DNA of 64,000 nucleotides from Orbicella franksi (Eukaryota): NCBI GenBank assembly GCA_964199315.1, contig OZ116707.1, positions 9,052,001 to 9,116,000 of the forward strand, read 5' to 3'. Shown piece by piece: positions 60,101 to 64,000 of this stretch (position 1 is its first letter; each line of letters starts with the position of its first letter). The notes under the pieces were generated by a model. It saw only the letters and a program-made list of their open reading frames with translations, ran no database searches and was not told where the DNA came from. The position numbers and the translations under genes were made by a program.

Positions 60101-63100
60101 AGCACCTGCAGTGTTATGTGTATTGCTTGATGATTTCGAGAAGTTCTTCAAAGAGCTTCAGTGTAGTATTGCTGAAAGTGTTATCAAATAAGTACACAGT
60201 AAAATCCCACTTAAACCCCAGAACATCCACAAGTGCTTTTGAGTATGGCAGAGCTTGTCAACAAACACTCTATTTTATAACATTGACAAAATCGGAAGGT
60301 TGTCTTGACAGCAAATGTCCCTGTATTGTGTGAGATTCAAGCTGAATAATTTTCTCCTGAGAAGATCTTCATCTATTTATTTTAACATGGTGTTCCTGAT
60401 TGGTCAGATTTAGCCTGTTCCAGGCTTTGAGCAAAACATACATGTACATGAAGAAAGAGAACATCAATTCTTATCATGTTAGTCTGCATACAATGAGAAG
60501 AAAGGGAGCATGTAAATAAATTGCTTGGAGACTGGGAATTAGGTAGCAAGGATTGGATAAAGTGAAAAGTACATGTAGTTACATTCCTGTTCAGTTTTGC
60601 TTTCTCTTTTCTGCTCATTTCTGCTACAATTACATAAGACTGCCGTTTACCATTTAAACACCTCTATATATGGAATGTCGATACCTGATATTTGAAGCTT
60701 CTCCTAGGCAGTTTAAATGAGAATAAGGCTACAAGTGGTGGTGATAACTGAAAGAGTTTTTGATGAAAACCATGCAGTTTTAATAATTTCTGGTAGTAAA
60801 TATTATTTGACTTGATCAAGTGTTTAGTCTGTCATCTGGTTTTACTCTCTTTGTATTCATTTTGAGCAAATCTTTTTATTTTGCTTTGTGACAATAATAC
60901 ACTTAGTAACCCTCTCTTGTGTTCTCTCCTTCTCTTTTCTCAAACAATAACATTATTACTCAAGATACTGGGCAACTGATCGTCTCTAGATTTAGAAATT
61001 AGACATAATAAATCATTCACTTGTCAGTTAAAGAGAAGTCAATGAAGTTTTAACACATGAATGAACTACTCCTTGTTGCTCACTTTGACGATAATTATTG
61101 GAGAGGTCAAGAATGTTTGCGGCAGTTGGCACAGAGCAAAAACGAAACTTTTGAGTTTCCTTATTTACTGTAGAATTTTTTACTCTAAAGTTGTATTTGC
61201 CATGTATATTATTGTGTTTTATTGATTTAACAATTTGACAAATAGAAAACTAGCCTGTACTACAACTGTCCTTCCTGAAAGAAAAAATCGGAGAGAACAT
61301 CTGTGTGTTGCCACTGATAATCCCATTTCATGCATAAATTGTTTGCGTATAAAAGCTGATGTGACACTTGGACACAACAAAGGAACTTGCCTTCTGCGCA
61401 TGATCTTTGCATGACATACATGTACAATAACTAGTTAATGACCTTTCAATGTTCACTGTTAACAAAACAGACCACTTGTGGAATAATTTTGTCGACAGAC
61501 AAATGCTGACTACCTCCGTTACTCTGGCTTTTAAACTTCAACATTGTAAATCTACATCTTACTGTCGAAGTGTAACAAATTTTGATTGTGATCTTGACTG
61601 CCAACTCTCAGAATTTTTGTCAGCGCGACCAATTAAAGGCAAAGTGCTGAGTTCTACAATTTACAAACATTACACTTAATTAAACCAGTCCTGCAAAAGT
61701 CATATATGGGTGGAACATGATTAATAACAGTAACACACAGACTCATCTCTCTGATTTTTTCTTTTTGGGGAGGGGCAGCTACATGCATCATAGACAGGCT
61801 AAGAGAAAACATGTCGCTGTTAAACCCTCTAAAGGCAGGTTTTGAACCCAGTAGACAGTGTCAGTTGTATGTCGTCTGATAGTTGTGACTTAGTTTGCTT
61901 TGGCTTTCTCTGCAGCAATTCACAAACAGACCTGTAATAACGCCTTTAAGTTCATCAAAAAGACATCAACAGTCCTTTAGATCATTACTTCAGAATGATC
62001 CAAATGTCCAAGACAAGTTGTTTGGAAACAGAACGTGGCCAGAAAGAAATTTCTTAGGTGACATCATCACTTCAGTCAGTCAGCATCCAAGCCAGAAATT
62101 CAGAGAATCAAAAATGAGAAAGACCTCGCCTGAGAAAAAGATAGAACCACGAGTGCTCCTTACATCTCATCATTCATGTGTACATGGCAGTGAGGGTGAA
62201 GCTAGTGGCTGCGGTTGTAAGGAAGAAGATGGAGCAGAAGCTCACATTTTATTTGAGGATGAAGGAAACAACAGTGATAAACTAAATCATCAAGATACAC
62301 ATGCCCTGGCCATTTCAATTCCTGAATCAAATACGGTTGCTTCATACTTGTCAGAATGTGTTGCATCAGACGACAAAAAACAGTTATCTCCTATGTCCAA
62401 CCTGGAAGAAAAACCTAAAAATCCACGAGTGATGTGGCATCAGCCCGAAAGCCTGTTTAGGCCAAGCTCCATAGCAGCGAGAGGGGCTCAATCTCCTTCT
62501 GAGCAGAAGCCACCTCTGTGGGGTCATTACTGTAACTCAAGTGAAATAGTCGAGAAAGCCAGGTCTAGTGAATGTTGGAGAAAAACAGTGGCTGACAAAA
62601 TTGAGAAAGCAATGAAATTTGAAGTAAAAGAAATGAAATACGAGAATTCTAACTGTGGCAATGGGAAACCTGACACCTCTGTGGGCTCTGCCAAAAAGAT
62701 GACATGCACATATTCATCATCAGATAATGGAAGCAATAAGAGTGATTGTGGTCCATTGGGTTATGTTTTCAGTGACAGTTTAGATGACATTCTGGCAAAG
62801 AGATCTAGGAGTCGATCACGCAGAAAAAAGTCTGTAAAATCTAGTGACGAGGAGTCTACGACCTGTGAACACAGATCTCTGGATACAAATGATATTGTGG
62901 CTAATGCCTCCAAAACGGAAGTGCACTGCATGTTGTGTGGCATTACTTTGCCTAAACCGCAATGTTTCTACAGTCTAGGCTCTTTGTGCACAGATGATGA
63001 AATCTGCGAGACAGACTCAGATGACATTAATCGTCATCCCGTAGGTGATATTGACATGGATTCTACATTAGTGGAAAGTCAAAGTCACCACGACACTGGA

Positions 63101-63379
63101 TACACTAGCAGTGAGAACTTTGAAGATGAAAGCACCTTGACAATTAAAGAGCTCGACTCAGTGTGGTTAGACGATAAACGAGAGACTGATGATGGAGACT
63201 ACGAGAGTTATGATGGAGACCACGAGAGTGACAGTGAAGATGCTGGTGTCAAAGGTGTTGTTATGGGTGATGACGTGGCTCTGAAGCCTCTTGTGTCAGT
63301 ACGGGAGCCAATAGCAATTAAGGACTATGCTCTGCGGGAATGGAAGAGTGACACGCCCACATCACTTGCAATGAAAAAG
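57133..63379 (+). CDS. Partial gene: N-terminal TM anchor, long acidic/Ser-rich linker, start of an OTULIN/FAM105-family OTU domain (continues beyond the window)
   Basis: Exons 57133-57160 (MSLTRTVDA; G|gtaagt), 57364-57545 (hydrophobic ALLVYIVSFLLCVVCFCLLV then RRKHQYRK; CTG|gtgagt) and 61916-63379 (488 codons; AAG|gtacaa) are phase-compatible. The exon end VSVREPIAIKDYALREWKSDTPTSLAMKK resembles OTULIN [27 protein letters not shown] (recalled). Linkage across the 4.4-kb intron is inferred. Confidence 0.55.
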
Positions 63380-63832
63380 GTACAATAAAAGAATTTCTCA
63401 ATGCAGTAAATAACAATAGGGTACATGTAGATGGTCTTGCTGACTGACATGTACGTGAACGGTATTCTATAACTTTAGGATTACTGCACAGTGTGCAAAG
63501 AAAGTCCTGTCTGACAACCTGGGGCTAGTGAATTTTCCAGTCAGGCTAATGAATTCTGTTTGTCACTTGTCTAATGGGAACGTGAAGCTGTTAATTCTTG
63601 GGAAACGTTTTGAGGAAATTCAAATTACAGAAGTACTGCGAGAGATGAACTTTTTGGGGGGCTAGTCAGAATGATTTTTGGTCTAATACATTGTAGTTAA
63701 AGCTTGCCTGAAGGTAGGGGTTGAATTTTTTTCTTTGCACCCTGCTGTGGTGTTTTCTTTCTTCAAGTTACGAGGTCCTTGTTGATGATCTTCATCTTGT
63801 GAGTTACACAGAACCTTTCTCCCCTTTCAAAG

Positions 63833-64000
63833 AGGTGCAGTGACCTAATGGTTAGCTCACTAGACTTTGTATTGAGCATTAGTCCAGTTAAAGCCCTGCG
63901 CTGAGTGAGAGTCACTGCGTTCTGTTCCTGGCTCACAGTGCCTCTCTCCACCCAGGTGTATAAATGGGTACTTGCAAATTTATGCTGGGGGAAAACCCTC
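63833..64000 (+). mobile_element. tRNA-derived SINE-like repeat (truncated by the window end)
   Basis: A-box-like TGACCTAATGG followed by CACAGTGCCTCTCTCCACCCAGGTGTATAAATGGGTAC...ATGCTGGGG. Inverted relatives lie at about 49256-49400 and 43418-43530. Confidence 0.6.

Noticed and set aside
63833-63910. tRNA-like 5' sequence
   Set aside because: No cloverleaf or B-box, and it is continuous with a SINE body repeated elsewhere in the window.

Overview
AT-rich, intron-containing animal DNA, most likely an anthozoan cnidarian such as a stony coral (inferred from gene content and repeat types; not verified). Hand assembly of splice sites gives five well-supported genes. (1) Minus strand 14824-2583: a ~1856-aa secreted WSC-like/TSP1/3xVWA matrix protein. 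(2) Minus 21673-17441: an NXPE/PC-esterase-like SGNH O-acyltransferase. (3) Plus 25634-27462: a divergent XXYLT1-like GT8 glycosyltransferase. (4) Minus ~33100-30672: a small secreted precursor with an acidic tripeptide-repeat pro-region. A downstream exon not seen by the ORF track encodes a 20-aa CC-C-C peptide followed by a Gly-Arg-Arg amidation signal, i.e. an alpha-conotoxin-like cysteine framework; this is the best novelty candidate. (5) Plus 42003-54760: SF3A1, 18 exons, with a probable U12-type first intron. Less certain are a partial N-terminally membrane-anchored OTULIN/FAM105-like gene (57133 to beyond the window), a small divergent gene with an in-frame TGA exon (56711-56047), and a divergent spliced non-coding or pseudogenic transcript upstream of SF3A1. 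Numerous MITEs, a MULE-like element, tRNA-derived SINE copies and a 1.25-kb TTAG-rich tract are also present. There is no CRISPR array, rRNA or bona fide tRNA. All gene models are predictions from sequence alone, and all family comparisons are from memory, not database searches.
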